From NCBI GenBank assembly GCA_002633005.1, contig NMRA01000049.1, positions 449,189-513,188 of the forward strand: a stretch of 64,000 nucleotides of DNA, written 5' to 3'. Below are positions 63,229 through 64,000 of the stretch, one piece after another; position 1 is the first letter of the stretch; every line of letters begins with the position of its first letter. Made by a program: the position numbers and the translations under genes. This stretch comes from Phoronis australis. Taxonomy: Eukaryota > Animalia > Phoronida. The notes under the pieces were generated by a model. That model was not told where the DNA came from. It did no database searches and saw only the letters and a list, made by a program, of their open reading frames with translations.

Positions 63229-64000
63229 TGAGATTTTATCACAGTTAAATATTCCCTGTTTGTTCCTGAGAAGGGAAAGTAGCTCAGTCTGCAATGAATG
63301 AATATTGTGATACTGATTGAAGGGTACTGGAAAAATTGTACAGGATATTATAAGACAGAGGCACCTGTGTTGTTATGGATTCCAGGTAAATTTGGCTGCC
63401 TGGAGAATGAAACATTCAGGGGAGTCGGGGGGGAGAGCGTGACCATTGTCATGTCAGCTGAATTACTGATGCTACTCCAGCAGTGAATACCATCTTTTTT
63501 TCTCTTTTAGGACATGTTTACCACTGTGTCCTATCTGAGAACAGTTATTTAATTGATCTTCTTCAAAACCTTTTTGGCTATAGTTGACTCAGAAATGTGG
63601 CTTAAATGGTATTGTAGGTGTGGACGTCCAAACTGTTCATTGCATCAGTTTAAATGCACTCCGTTAATTCTTTTTTATTTGAAACATTTGAGTCATTTCT
63701 TAGAAATAATATATTTCGAGTTCTTCTCCTTCACGAGATAGCACTCATTTATCTTTCTGTGGGTGATTTTTGTAGACTTTGAACCGTGAAGTGTTTTTAT
63801 CAGCAACTTATCTCTTGTTGATAGTTGGTTAAAGCTATTTATAGTCAACGGAGTTAAAGTCAGTTACAGATACTCACAGGGGTCCTGCGTTTTGAGAACC
63901 AGTTACCTCCATCTACTGAATTACGGGCATCAAACTGGTTCTCAAAGTCCAGGATCCCTGCAAGTTACTATGGCCGTCATTGGGGTTTTCTGCCTGTTGA

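Noticed and set aside
63511-63540. Strong acceptor (tttttttctcttttAG) as the possible PDZ exon
   Set aside because: The phase-2 frame hits TGA after 8 codons and has no GFGF PDZ motif; the PDZ exon is presumably outside the window.

Overview
Eukaryotic, AT-rich animal genomic DNA, most likely from an invertebrate. It is dominated by one large + strand gene, a Shank/ProSAP postsynaptic scaffold ortholog. I reconstructed 13 GT-AG coding exons by hand (29291 to 54826, 1673 nt, reading frame continuous across all junctions). They encode the SPN/FERM-F0 domain, the ankyrin repeats, a linker and the SH3 domain; PDZ, Pro-rich and SAM exons are not seen and presumably lie beyond the window. The most unusual element is a ~2.7 kb uninterrupted ORF (58220-61020) after the SH3 exons. 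It ends at a phase-2 donor, looks like a giant alternative exon, and encodes a disordered region with several docking-type motifs. Also seen: two candidate symmetric small exons (48 and 24 nt), uORFs at the start codon, two single-N-joined tandem duplicates that are probably uncollapsed haplotypes, MITEs including a Harbinger-like Myb/SANT remnant, a tRNA-derived SINE head and long hairpins. No prokaryotic-type system (CRISPR, operon) is supported. All identifications come from motif recognition and recall, not from database searches.
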